A stretch of DNA of 64,000 nucleotides from Minisyncoccota bacterium (lineage in GTDB: Bacteria > Patescibacteriota > Minisyncoccia > JAHIHE01 > JAGLIN01): assembly GCA_041661265.1 (NCBI GenBank), contig JBAZUT010000003.1, forward strand, positions 15,191 through 79,190, written 5' to 3'. Below, piece by piece: positions 27,168 to 37,494 of this stretch. The notes under the pieces were generated by a model. It was given only the letters and a program-made list of their open reading frames with translations. It was not told the origin of the DNA and made no database searches. The position numbers were made by a program, and so were the translations under genes. Positions within the stretch are counted from its first letter, which is position 1. Every line of letters begins with the position of its first letter.

Positions 27168-27527
27168 ATGCCATTCAGTATAAAAAATTTTTACAGGAGC
27201 TTAATAAACGCTTCAAGGGGGATTAAATATGCGGCAAAAGAGCAAAATTTCAGGATACAGATAATAATTTCGACGATTGTTATTTTTTTTGCTCAATATT
27301 TTGATGTTCGGGCGTGGGAAAAATTGACTTTGGTCCTTATAATAGTGCTGATCCTGGTGCTAGAAATTCTGAATAGTGTATTTGAAAGGGTTGTGGATAT
27401 TCTTGAGCCCAGAGTTCATCCATACGCGAAGATCATAAAGGACATGATGGCTGCAGCGGTTCTTATTTCGGCCATTGGCGCTGTGATCATTGGTTTGATA
27501 ATTTTTGGTCCTCGTATCGGAGTATAA
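27168..27527 (+). CDS. dgkA: diacylglycerol/undecaprenol kinase
   Basis: 119 aa, three TM helices, DgkA-like 'EILNSVFERVVD'. Confidence 0.75.
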   Translation: MPFSIKNFYRSLINASRGIKYAAKEQNFRIQIIISTIVIFFAQYFDVRAWEKLTLVLIIVLILVLEILNSVFERVVDILEPRVHPYAKIIKDMMAAAVLISAIGAVIIGLIIFGPRIGV

Positions 27528-27641
27528 AAGCTTTTTATTTTTTTTGTTTTGTATTATAATGTAATGTATAACTCGATAGAATTCGAAGTTAATTGTTTTT
27601 AGTTAAAACGATAATTGCAGCGGAGGTAAAAAACAAATATT

Positions 27642-28889
27642 ATGTCAAAAGACGATATCATAGTCGGGCTGGATATAGGGACAAGTTCGGTCAGGACCGT
27701 AATTGCCCAAAAACAAAGCGATACTTCAAAGCTTATGGTGCTGGGCGTTGGAGTTGCACCGTCGAACGGGTTGAACGGGGGTATTGTTGTTGACGTGGAA
27801 GAAGTAATAAGGTCAATCGTCGAGTCGAAGGAACTGGCCGAGAGAACGGCGGGAATTCCGGTTGAGCATGCTATAGTAAGCATTAACGGAAGTCATATTT
27901 TTTCGCAATTTTCAAAAGGTGTTGTTGCCGTATCCAGGGCGGATGGCGAGATAAGCGAGGACGACGTGGCGCGCGTCATAAATGCGGCTCAGGCCATATC
28001 GATCCCCAATAACAAAGAGATAATTAATCTTTTTCCCTGCAATTATACAATAGACGGGCAGGAAAAAATAAAGGATCCTGTGGGAATGAATGGCGTCAGG
28101 CTGGAGGTCAATGCTCTGGTTGTTGAAGGAACGACGCCGTTTATAAAGAATCTGAATAAATGCGTAGAACGGTCGGGAATAGATGTTGAATGTATTGTGT
28201 TCTCAAATCTTGCAGCAGCTAAGGCGGTTTTGACAAAAAGGCAGAAAGAATTGGGTGTTGTAGTTGTTGATATTGGAAAGGGAATTACAGGGATATCGGT
28301 ATATGAGGATGGAAACATATTGCTATCGTGCGTCATACCGGTGGGTGCGGGGCACATTACGAATGATGTTGCGATCGGACTCAGGACGTCGATCGACGTT
28401 GCAGAGAAGATCAAACTTGAATATGGAACAGTGCAGTCGTCGGATGTCGGTAAGAATGAAAAGATCGTACTTTCTGAATTCGATGAAAATGAAGAAGGGG
28501 AGTTCAGTCGCAAGTATCTTGCGGAAATAGTCGAGGCGAGGGTGGATGAAATCTTTTCAATGGTTGACGACGAGTTGAAAAAGATCGATAAAAGCGGGAT
28601 GCTTCCTTCGGGGGTCGTTATAACCGGAGGCGGAGCAAAGCTTCCGGGAATCGTGAATCTTGCGAAAAAAGCGTTAAGGCTTCCGGCGCAGATCGGATAT
28701 CCGAAGGAGATGGATGGCATCATTGATCGCGTCGATGATCCTTCGTTTGCGACCTCTATCGGATTGATTTTGTGGGAGTCTGATGAGAACGGTTATTTTC
28801 AGTCAAGTTCGAGCGGTATGATGGATAAGATATCCATCGATAAAATAGGAAAAAAGATCAGGAAATTATTCAAAACATTGCTGCCTTGA
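27642..28889 (+). CDS. ftsA: cell division protein FtsA
   Basis: Actin-like 'IIVGLDIGTSSVRTVIAQ', directly upstream of ftsZ. Confidence 0.9.
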   Translation: MSKDDIIVGLDIGTSSVRTVIAQKQSDTSKLMVLGVGVAPSNGLNGGIVVDVEEVIRSIVESKELAERTAGIPVEHAIVSINGSHIFSQFSKGVVAVSRADGEISEDDVARVINAAQAISIPNNKEIINLFPCNYTIDGQEKIKDPVGMNGVRLEVNALVVEGTTPFIKNLNKCVERSGIDVECIVFSNLAAAKAVLTKRQKELGVVVVDIGKGITGISVYEDGNILLSCVIPVGAGHITNDVAIGLRTSIDVAEKIKLEYGTVQSSDVGKNEKIVLSEFDENEEGEFSRKYLAEIVEARVDEIFSMVDDELKKIDKSGMLPSGVVITGGGAKLPGIVNLAKKALRLPAQIGYPKEMDGIIDRVDDPSFATSIGLILWESDENGYFQSSSSGMMDKISIDKIGKKIRKLFKTLLP

Positions 28890-28968
28890 AAACGAAAAAA
28901 TATGGATTTGCGTGAAAATAAAAAAAAATGTAATATGAAATTAGAATATAATAATTTATGAATATATT

Positions 28969-30303
28969 ATGAAAGAAATTAAGCCGGAACTTGAAACATT
29001 TGCGAGGATCAAGGTTATTGGGGTGGGCGGAGGCGGAAATCATGCGATAAGCCGCATGGCTGAGGCGAATCTGAAAGGCATAGATTTTATTGCAGTCAAT
29101 ACTGATGCTCAGGATCTGCATCATTGCAGGGTGACTGAAAAAATTCATATAGGAAAGAACTTAACTAGAGGTCTGGGAGCAGGAATGAATCCTGACATGG
29201 GACGGCAAGCTGCGGAAGAAAATAAAGACGAGATTCAGGATGCTCTGAAAAATTCAGATATGGTTTTTGTTACATGCGGACTTGGCGGAGGAACAGGCAC
29301 GGGAGCTGCTCCGATAATTGCTGAAGTTGCAAAGGAAAGCGGTGCATTGACCGTTGCAGTGGTCACGAGGCCTTTTTTGTTCGAGGGGATACAGCGAAGA
29401 AGGATAGCTGACGAAGGGCTTGAAATATTAAGAAGACAGGTTGATGCGATCATTACGATCCCCAATGACAAATTGTTGCAGATAATAGACAAAAAAACAT
29501 TGCTTCTTGATTCATTTAAGATAGTAGATGATGTACTCAGGCAAGCCGTACAGGGAATTTCGGATCTTATAACAATTCCCGGCATCGTTAATGTGGATTT
29601 CGCGGATGTGAAGGCTGTCATGGAAAACACGGGAACGTCGCTGATGGGGATCGGGCGGGCAAGCGGTGAAAATAGAGCAAGTGAAGCGGCAAAACAGGCG
29701 ATAAACAGCCCTCTTTTGGATATTTCGATACATGGAGCAAAGGGTGTGTTGTTCAACATAAGCGGAGGGTTGGACCTTACTATGATGGAAGTGAATGAAG
29801 CGGCAAACGTGATCGTTGAATCCATAGACCCTGATGCAAAAGTCATATTCGGAGCCATTACCGACGAAACATTGAAGAAGGGAGAGATAAAGGTTACGGT
29901 TATCGCCACCGGATTCGGAGACGAGGTCCATAAAAAAATTATCTCGCGAAGCAGTTTTCGTCCGAGCTTGGGATTGAAAAAAAGCGAAAGTAGAATCGAG
30001 AAATTTTTCGAAAAAGAAGGACTAAAGCGCGAAGAAAGTGAAAATGTTCCCGAAAAGCCAGTTAATCAGGTGCCGTCGAAAAAAATGAATGTTGAAGCTC
30101 AGAACTCAGATCTTATTTCAAAGACGATCCCTGCTCAGGAAAGCAAGAAATATGATGAGCCTGTGTTTGAAAGAATTGCTGAGGAAAAAGAAGAAAAAAC
30201 ATTTGAATCCAAAATTAATCCTCTTAAGTATAACGACGAAATAGATATTCCGGCATTTATAAGAAGAAAAATGATCAAAAAGGATTACGAAGACGAAGAT
30301 TGA
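28969..30303 (+). CDS. ftsZ: cell division GTPase FtsZ
   Basis: '[10 protein letters not shown]' tubulin signature. Confidence 0.95.
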   Translation: MKEIKPELETFARIKVIGVGGGGNHAISRMAEANLKGIDFIAVNTDAQDLHHCRVTEKIHIGKNLTRGLGAGMNPDMGRQAAEENKDEIQDALKNSDMVFVTCGLGGGTGTGAAPIIAEVAKESGALTVAVVTRPFLFEGIQRRRIADEGLEILRRQVDAIITIPNDKLLQIIDKKTLLLDSFKIVDDVLRQAVQGISDLITIPGIVNVDFADVKAVMENTGTSLMGIGRASGENRASEAAKQAINSPLLDISIHGAKGVLFNISGGLDLTMMEVNEAANVIVESIDPDAKVIFGAITDETLKKGEIKVTVIATGFGDEVHKKIISRSSFRPSLGLKKSESRIEKFFEKEGLKREESENVPEKPVNQVPSKKMNVEAQNSDLISKTIPAQESKKYDEPVFERIAEEKEEKTFESKINPLKYNDEIDIPAFIRRKMIKKDYEDED

Positions 30304-30461
30304 AAAATTAAAAAAACAAAAACAAATTAGACATAAAATAAAAAGATCTGTCCTTTATTTTGAATAATATTGAGCAGAAATTATAAAGGCAGTTTTTTGT
30401 TGAGCATTAACGGGTATTGGATCATAGCATTTTTATTAGGTAAGCCATTAATAAAAAATAG

Positions 30462-32204
30462 ATGAACGAGAAAAAAACAAAAGTGACCAAAATCAGGAAA
30501 CGAGACGGCAGGGTTGTCAGGTTTGATAAGGCAAAGATCACAAGTGCGATACATAAAGCGCTGACTGCTACGGGCGAAGGCGGAAAGAGGAATGCGCAGG
30601 AACTGGCAAAAAAGATCGAACATGAAGTGAATAAGCGTTTCTATGTTCGGAACGGCGGCGGAAAATTCAAGGCCGAAATTCCGACCGTTGAAGAAATGCA
30701 GGATATCGTCGAGGATTATTTGATCCGCGAAAATTATTTGGATACTGTAAAGGCTTACATTATATACAGAGAACAGCACAGATTGATACGTGAAAATCAT
30801 GATGTTCTGAAAAAATCCATTGATCTCGTTGATGATTACTTGAGCGAAGCTGACTGGCAAGTCAAAGAGAATAGTAATATGTCATATTCATTGCAGGGAT
30901 TGAACAATTATATTTCCAATGTAATTACTTCGAAGTATTGGCTCGAGAAGATCTATCCGCCGGAAATAAGAGAGGCGTATGTGAGTGGAGATTTTCATAT
31001 CCATGATCTCGGACTTTTGTCCGTGTATTGCTGCGGATGGGACCTGAAAGACCTCCTGACGAGGGGTTTTGGAGGCGTAAAGGGCAAAATTGACAGCAAG
31101 CCGCCCAAGCATTTCAGAAGCGCATTGGGGCAGGTTGTGAATTTTTTCTATACACTTCAGGGAGAAGCTGCGGGAGCGCAGGCTTTCTCGAATTTCGATA
31201 CTCTTTTGGCACCATATATCAAATACGATCAGCTGACATACAGGGATGTGAAACAGGCAATGCAGGAATTTGTCTATAACATGAATGTTCCGACCAGAGT
31301 TGGTTTCCAGACGCCTTTTACGAATATAACAATGGATCTGAAGGCGCCTTCAAATCTTGCGGATGAACCTGTGATCATCGGCGGAGTCATACAAAAGGAG
31401 CAATATAAGGACTTTTCAAACGAGATAAGCCTCATAAACAAGGCATTTGCAGAAGTGATGTATGAAGGCGACGCTTCGGGACGGGTCTTTACGTTTCCGA
31501 TCCCAACTTATAATATTACGAAGGATTTTGACTGGGATGACCCTAATCTTGAACCGATCTGGGAAATGACCGCTAAGTATGGAATTCCTTATTTCGCGAA
31601 CTATGTTAACAGCGACATGAAGCCTGAGGATGCGAGATCAATGTGCTGCAGACTAAGGCTTGATACGAGAGAACTTTATAAAAGAGGCGGAGGGCTTTTC
31701 GGAGCTCATCCTCTTACGGGTTCCATCGGAGTTGTCACCATCAACTTGCCAAGATTGGGATATTTGTCGAAAAATAAGGCCGATTTCTTCGTCCGGCTGG
31801 AAAAAATGATGGATCTGGCCAAAGAAAGTCTTGAAATCAAGAGGAAGACGCTTGAAAATTTCACGGAGAAAGGATTGTATCCCTACTCGAAATATTATCT
31901 GTCGAATATTAAACTTCAAAGGGGCGAATTCTGGGGAAATCATTTCTCAACTATCGGAATAATAGGAATGAATGAAGCACTGTTGAACTTTATGGGAAAA
32001 AAGTCGGGCATAATCACTGAAAAGGGAAATAAATTTGCCGAGGAAGTGCTCATGTTTATGAGGGATAAAATGGTTAAATATCAGGAAGAAACAGGTAATT
32101 TATATAATCTCGAAGCGACTCCGGGAGAAGGAACATCTTACAGGCTTGCCAAGAAAGACGTGGAGAGATACCCGAATATAATAACCGCAGTAGTCGAATA
32201 TTAA
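30462..32204 (+). CDS. nrdD: anaerobic ribonucleoside-triphosphate reductase NrdD, apparently missing the C-terminal glycyl-radical domain (possible pseudogene or truncation)
   Basis: ATP-cone N-terminus plus an NrdD core ending at '...LYNLEATPGEGTSYRLAKKDVERYPNIITAVVEY*'. No Zn-ribbon or RVCGY-type Gly-radical motif in any downstream frame. A 175-nt non-coding gap precedes nrdG. Confidence 0.7.
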   Translation: MNEKKTKVTKIRKRDGRVVRFDKAKITSAIHKALTATGEGGKRNAQELAKKIEHEVNKRFYVRNGGGKFKAEIPTVEEMQDIVEDYLIRENYLDTVKAYIIYREQHRLIRENHDVLKKSIDLVDDYLSEADWQVKENSNMSYSLQGLNNYISNVITSKYWLEKIYPPEIREAYVSGDFHIHDLGLLSVYCCGWDLKDLLTRGFGGVKGKIDSKPPKHFRSALGQVVNFFYTLQGEAAGAQAFSNFDTLLAPYIKYDQLTYRDVKQAMQEFVYNMNVPTRVGFQTPFTNITMDLKAPSNLADEPVIIGGVIQKEQYKDFSNEISLINKAFAEVMYEGDASGRVFTFPIPTYNITKDFDWDDPNLEPIWEMTAKYGIPYFANYVNSDMKPEDARSMCCRLRLDTRELYKRGGGLFGAHPLTGSIGVVTINLPRLGYLSKNKADFFVRLEKMMDLAKESLEIKRKTLENFTEKGLYPYSKYYLSNIKLQRGEFWGNHFSTIGIIGMNEALLNFMGKKSGIITEKGNKFAEEVLMFMRDKMVKYQEETGNLYNLEATPGEGTSYRLAKKDVERYPNIITAVVEY

Positions 32205-32379
32205 TCCAAATCAATGGGATTTCTGTTTCAAATGGTAGCATATTCAAATGCTGTACAAAAAAGCATCTTATGATGTTTTTTTGTTTTGCCGGCAGCGGAG
32301 GCATAAAATTGAACAAAAATGATTATAGTGCTATATTGTTAACAGTGGTAAACGAATTTAACCGGGAAACGAATATAAC

Positions 32380-33105
32380 ATGATCATAGGCGGAATGCAA
32401 AAATTTACCCTGCTTGATTATCCGGGCAAAATATCGGCAATTGTTTTTACGAAAGGCTGCAATTTGAGGTGCCCTTATTGCCATAATCCCGAAATAGTCG
32501 ATCCCAAAAAGATAGATTATGAAAATAATATAAGCGAACAAGACGTTATTAAGTTCCTCGAAACAAGAAAGGGTGATCTTGACGGGGTTTGCATAACGGG
32601 AGGGGAGCCTACCCTGCAGATAGGATTAAGCGGTTTCATCAGGAAAATAAAAGATATGGGTTTTTTGGTCAAGCTCGATACGAATGCGACTCAGTTGGGA
32701 ACCGTCAAGAATCTGGTAAAGGACGACATTGTCGACTATTGGGCGGTGGATATAAAAACGGTACCGAAAAAATATATAATTCTGGGCGGCGGCGATGGCG
32801 TTGTAAAAAATATTGAAAAAAGCCTGGGTCTGATGATCAATAGCGGCAAAAAACTTGAACTCAGGACAACGGTTGTCAGGGGGCTGGTGAATGAGGGTGA
32901 TATAGATGTAATGATGGCGTGGCTGAATGGCATTAATAAGGAGATACTCAAAAAGATAGACAGATATTCACTCCAGGGATTCAGGCCGGAGAAGACTCTG
33001 CTTGCCGGATATGCAGCAGTCGTGCCCTATCCCAGGGAAATGCTTGAAATAATGGCTGAAAAAATAAAGCCATTTTGCAGGAATGTAATAATTATGTCTG
33101 ATTAA
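32380..33105 (+). CDS. nrdG: anaerobic RNR activating radical-SAM protein
   Basis: 'CNLRCPYCHN' radical-SAM cluster motif with a 'DGVCITGGEP' glycine-rich SAM motif. Confidence 0.8.
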   Translation: MIIGGMQKFTLLDYPGKISAIVFTKGCNLRCPYCHNPEIVDPKKIDYENNISEQDVIKFLETRKGDLDGVCITGGEPTLQIGLSGFIRKIKDMGFLVKLDTNATQLGTVKNLVKDDIVDYWAVDIKTVPKKYIILGGGDGVVKNIEKSLGLMINSGKKLELRTTVVRGLVNEGDIDVMMAWLNGINKEILKKIDRYSLQGFRPEKTLLAGYAAVVPYPREMLEIMAEKIKPFCRNVIIMSD

Positions 33106-33108
33106 AAC

Positions 33109-33381
33109 ATGAAATTTAGATGCAAGGTCATCACCAGGTCATCAAGGAATGAGGTGGTGGGTATCGACAATTTATATCGGCTTGATCTTGGTTTTAAGGG
33201 AAGGGCGAAAGATGACGAACTTCCGATGCTGAGAATATATCTGACGGCCGTTCCGGAAAATGGAAAAGCGAATAAGAAGCTGGTTGAGGTTTTGTCCGAA
33301 GCAATGGATATCAGTAGGAGCAGGATCAGTATCATTAAAGGTGAAAAAAGCCATGAGAAGGTCATAGAGATCGATGACTAG
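33109..33381 (+). CDS. DUF167 (YggU-like) protein
   Basis: 'IYLTAVPENGKANKKLVEVLSEAMDISRSRISIIKGEKS'. Confidence 0.6.
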   Translation: MKFRCKVITRSSRNEVVGIDNLYRLDLGFKGRAKDDELPMLRIYLTAVPENGKANKKLVEVLSEAMDISRSRISIIKGEKSHEKVIEIDD

Positions 33382-34879
33382 GTCGGAATTATTTTTAGTT
33401 CTTTGCGGAGCATTCATATCCGGAGTGCTGCTTGGATCGTATTGTTTTGTTGAGATCTGGCTATTGATATTTTATTCAGGCATCGCGGCGATGCTGTTTT
33501 TTATTTTCAGAAAAGGCAATGCCGCGAAATTATCGCTTGTAATACTGATCATTCTGGCAGGAGCAGTCAGCATAGAAATGCGCGTGAAAAATGATGAGGC
33601 TGCAGTAAAATTAAATGGATTTGAGGAGGGGCGAAAAATTAAAATCGAGGGCAGAATGGCGCATATTGGAACTGCAAAGAACAGTGATCAGGAAATAGTG
33701 CTTGATAGTCTGAAGAACTCGGCAAGCGGAAGTGCAATTCCTGGAAAAATCATCGTATATCTTCCCCACTATCCCGCCTATAAGGCATGCAGCGCTATTG
33801 TTATTGAGGGGAAGATCAATATGCCAAGTAATTTCAGCGGCTTTGACTACAGGATGTATCTTGCGTCAAAAGGTATATATTATACAATGTATTATCCCAA
33901 AATAGAATCCGTAAAGAATACCACAGATCTTTTGTGCGGGTATTCCGCAGGAATCAGAGATTTTGCATCCGAGCTCAATAAAAAGATATATCCCCAGCCG
34001 CAATCCGCCATTATGAATGCTCTGATATTGGGCATCGAATCGGATATAAGCGAAGAAGTGATAAACGCTTTCAATAAAACGGGAACGCGTCATCTTCTCG
34101 CAATATCCGGCTTTAATATTTCCATAATTGCGATCATTCTGATGAGTCTTCTGCTGTCGTTGGGAATAAGGAGGGACAGAGCATTTTATTTTTCATCGAT
34201 CGGGATCATACTTTATGTTATGATCATAGAAAGTTCGTCTTCGTCGATCAGAGCCGGTATAATGGGCGAATTAGTGCTTGTAGCGTTCAAGCTTGGCAGG
34301 CTTCCTTCGGCTCTGAACGCCATTGTTTTTGCGGCCAGCGCAATGCTTCTTGAAAATCCTTATCTGCTCCGATATGACGTGGGATTTCAGCTTTCATTTC
34401 TTGCGGTGATGGGTCTGATGTTCATCTATCCGAAATTTGATAAACATCTGTCCGGCATCAGGGACATATTCGGCATGAAGACGATATTTATGGCAACGAT
34501 TTCCGCACAGATCGCGGCTTTGCCGATACTGTTGTATAATTTCGGGAACGTATCGGTCCTTTCTGTTGTTTCGAATATGCTTGTATTGCCGTTTGCCATA
34601 GCTGTCATGATCGGAGGATTTGCCATAATATTCATAGGGACGTTCAGCTTGTATCTTGCAAGGGTTCTGTCATGGCCCATCTGGCTTCTGATCGAATATC
34701 AAGTGGAGACGATCAAATATATCTCAAAAATAGATTTGTTCGCTATAAGATATGACGATCCGAATTATTTATTCGTGCCCGCATATTATATGATTTTGAT
34801 AGGATTACTTCGGGGTAAAACATTTTTGAATAGCATAATGTCCGGAAACGCAAACAATAAAAAAATCCCGAAGCCTTGA
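33374..34879 (+). CDS. comEC: ComEC/Rec2 competence channel protein (DUF4131 plus competence domain, without the beta-lactamase domain)
   Basis: Polytopic membrane protein with 'GTRHLLAISGFNIS'. Confidence 0.7.
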   Translation: MTRSELFLVLCGAFISGVLLGSYCFVEIWLLIFYSGIAAMLFFIFRKGNAAKLSLVILIILAGAVSIEMRVKNDEAAVKLNGFEEGRKIKIEGRMAHIGTAKNSDQEIVLDSLKNSASGSAIPGKIIVYLPHYPAYKACSAIVIEGKINMPSNFSGFDYRMYLASKGIYYTMYYPKIESVKNTTDLLCGYSAGIRDFASELNKKIYPQPQSAIMNALILGIESDISEEVINAFNKTGTRHLLAISGFNISIIAIILMSLLLSLGIRRDRAFYFSSIGIILYVMIIESSSSSIRAGIMGELVLVAFKLGRLPSALNAIVFAASAMLLENPYLLRYDVGFQLSFLAVMGLMFIYPKFDKHLSGIRDIFGMKTIFMATISAQIAALPILLYNFGNVSVLSVVSNMLVLPFAIAVMIGGFAIIFIGTFSLYLARVLSWPIWLLIEYQVETIKYISKIDLFAIRYDDPNYLFVPAYYMILIGLLRGKTFLNSIMSGNANNKKIPKP

Positions 34880-34898
34880 GCTTGGGATGCTTTGAAGA

Positions 34899-35198
34899 TC
34901 AACTGAACATCGGCATTCCTGTCTCCAGTTTTTTCTTAGATGTCTTTTTTATCGGATTAAGCGGGTCCATTGCGCTTTCATCGCACTCTTCCATGTCTTT
35001 ATCATATTCTGCGATCTCGCTGCGTATAGAGCGTAATTTGCTCGCTGAAACGTTTTTGTGTTTCGTTATGCTGCCCGATCCGGGATGAAATTCATGAAGT
35101 ATTTTTTTTCCTTTATTTTCGCGAAGATAAACAAACGTATCGCCATATCGCTCATCGAACCTGATCCCGAGAAATGTCGTGAAAGGCACATTTATCAC
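34899..35198 (-). CDS. hypothetical protein (99 aa, GTG start), speculative
   Basis: Only sizeable ORF in the gap between the two comEC parts. Weak RBS. Confidence 0.2.
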   Translation of the reverse strand: MINVPFTTFLGIRFDERYGDTFVYLRENKGKKILHEFHPGSGSITKHKNVSASKLRSIRSEIAEYDKDMEECDESAMDPLNPIKKTSKKKLETGMPMFS

Positions 35199-35319
35199 TA
35201 CTCCATTTATCGGAATTATCTCGATTTTCTCGTCAATCGTCTTTCTTTTTGTTTTTTTGGGAATATCAACACCTCCATATGATAAATCATAATCTTTAAG
35301 GATATTTTGTCAACGAAAT

Positions 35320-36144
35320 ATGATGGCATTGTTCAAAAATATAAGGACTGTATTGATTATATTTCTTGGAATTGTAAACTTCTTTATTTTGATGGTTTTT
35401 GGAAGCGATATGCAAAGCGTTCGTGCGAAGATCGTATTTCTGGATGTGGGCCAGGGCGATGCGACTCTGATTCTGGCGGAAAACGATGACCAGGTGCTGA
35501 TAGACGGCGGCGATGGAAAGAGGATAATGGATGAATTGGGAAAAAATATGCCTTTTTATGATCATACGATCGAATTAGTTGTTATAACGCATCCGGACAG
35601 CGATCACGCAGGAGGATTGATCGAGGTGCTGAAATATTATGAGGTTGACGAGATTCTTCAGACGAGATATTCCTGCGATACTCAGATCTGCAAAGAGCTT
35701 GACGCGGTCATATCGGAAAAAGGAATTAAAAGACGTTATGCCCAATTCGGCCAAATGATCCATGCAGGCGATCAAAGTGCCGAGATTTTGCATTTCGGAG
35801 ATGCCGGCACGGGTGCCAGCGATGACAATAACGATTCTATCGTCTTAAAGGCGTCGATCAATGGAAAAACCATATTGCTCATGGGTGATGCGGGATCGCT
35901 TGTTGAAAGCGATCTGATAAGACGCGGCATTGATATCGACTCGGATATATTGAAAGTGTCGCATCATGGAAGCAAGTCTGCCACATCCGCAGAATTCATT
36001 GAAAAAGTATCTCCTCAAAAAGCCATTATATCCGTCGGAAAGAACAAATACGGGCATCCATCGGATGATGTTCTGAACAGATTGAAAAATGTGAACATTG
36101 AGGTATTAAGAACGGATATTTCGGGCGATGTTGCCGTCGAGTGA
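35320..36144 (+). CDS. ComEC-type metallo-beta-lactamase-fold protein with its own N-terminal TM anchor
   Basis: 'LDVGQGDATL...VITHPDSDHAGG...KVSHHGSK' MBL motifs. Confidence 0.7.
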   Translation: MMALFKNIRTVLIIFLGIVNFFILMVFGSDMQSVRAKIVFLDVGQGDATLILAENDDQVLIDGGDGKRIMDELGKNMPFYDHTIELVVITHPDSDHAGGLIEVLKYYEVDEILQTRYSCDTQICKELDAVISEKGIKRRYAQFGQMIHAGDQSAEILHFGDAGTGASDDNNDSIVLKASINGKTILLMGDAGSLVESDLIRRGIDIDSDILKVSHHGSKSATSAEFIEKVSPQKAIISVGKNKYGHPSDDVLNRLKNVNIEVLRTDISGDVAVE

Positions 36145-36212
36145 AGTATTTACTTTTGAACTATTAATTGCTATTATGAACTATGTAGGGTGCGAATAAT
36201 AATTTATTTGAT

Positions 36213-36842
36213 ATGGATACTAAAAATATCGAGATCGAGATTCGCGGGCCGCTTGACGATGAATCGCATAAGCAACTTTTGAAATATATCGACAAGAACG
36301 GAAGGCTTTTGAAAAAACAGAGCCGATTTCTTGTTGATTATTCCACGTTTCTTGAGGGCATCGGGGATAGGAAGTCGGATATCCGTCTCAGGGTGACAAA
36401 TGGAAAGATCGAACTGATCGTTAAGAAGGGAAAGTTCGGAGCTTTTGCCAGGGAGGAGGCATCTGTTTTTGTGGAAGGCGGCGATCTGAAAAATGCTTTT
36501 TCGTTCATGGCTCTTTTGGGATTTAGAAAAGGCGTGGCAGCGGTCAGAAAAATTCTGAGATATGACGTTGACGGTGTTGAGATCGCAATTCAGGATGTGA
36601 TCAGATACGGTACAAAAGATGAGATACACTCCAGATTCTATGAAGCTGAAGTAATGACGAGCAAAACGGACGCTGAAAAGGGAAAAAACCGGATAATCGC
36701 ATTGCTAGACAAGATCGGTCTGAAAAAGTTCGGCGAAGAAGACTGGAACGAGTATATAGCGAAATTGAACAAAGAGGCTAATGGAGTGTATGACTATGAC
36801 AAAGACAATGCAGATTCTCTGAAAAGCATGCCGGGTCTTTAA
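36213..36842 (+). CDS. CYTH-domain (triphosphate tunnel metalloenzyme) protein
   Basis: N-terminal 'IEIEIRGPL' ExExK-type motif. Confidence 0.55.
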   Translation: MDTKNIEIEIRGPLDDESHKQLLKYIDKNGRLLKKQSRFLVDYSTFLEGIGDRKSDIRLRVTNGKIELIVKKGKFGAFAREEASVFVEGGDLKNAFSFMALLGFRKGVAAVRKILRYDVDGVEIAIQDVIRYGTKDEIHSRFYEAEVMTSKTDAEKGKNRIIALLDKIGLKKFGEEDWNEYIAKLNKEANGVYDYDKDNADSLKSMPGL

Positions 36843-36870
36843 TCAATATTTAATAAATAAACGAATTACA

Positions 36871-37476
36871 ATGGAAAAACATCCAAAAAAAGAACGAACA
36901 CTGGTAATTATTAAACCTGATGGCATCCAGAGGTCGCTAGTCGGAGATATTATAGGACGATTGGAGAGAGTCGGTTTGAAGTTTGTGGCTTTTAAATTTG
37001 TCATACCGAAGGAAGATCAATGCTGGGCGCATTATAACAAGAATGATGCGTGGTTTCAGATCAAGGGCGAGAGACAGGTGAATGAAAGGAAGGAACTCGG
37101 ATTGAAGGTCGAAAAGTCGGCGATAGAATATGGAAAAGATATATTGAGAGCGAATATTGACTTCTTTATGTCGGGACCCGTTCTTGTGATACTGCTAGAA
37201 GGCAATCAGGCGGTGGGGATCACCAAAAAACTTGTGGGCGGAACCGAACCGCTGACTTCTGATGTTGGAACGATAAGGGGAGATCTGACGCTGGATTCCT
37301 ATAGTGTTGCCGGGATCGACGGAAGAGCTGTCAGAAATCTCATACACTGTTCAGACAGTCCGATCGAGGCTGAAAGAGAATCGAAGATCTGGTTAAAAGA
37401 CGGTGATGTAATTGAATACAGGCTCGTTCAGGATCAGATCCTGTATGATGTTAATTTGGACGGCATATTAGAATAA
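36871..37476 (+). CDS. ndk: nucleoside diphosphate kinase (with about 50-aa insertion)
   Basis: 'LVIIKPDG', 'NLIHCSDS'. Confidence 0.8.
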   Translation: MEKHPKKERTLVIIKPDGIQRSLVGDIIGRLERVGLKFVAFKFVIPKEDQCWAHYNKNDAWFQIKGERQVNERKELGLKVEKSAIEYGKDILRANIDFFMSGPVLVILLEGNQAVGITKKLVGGTEPLTSDVGTIRGDLTLDSYSVAGIDGRAVRNLIHCSDSPIEAERESKIWLKDGDVIEYRLVQDQILYDVNLDGILE

Positions 37477-37494
37477 AAAATAAACGAGAAATCA

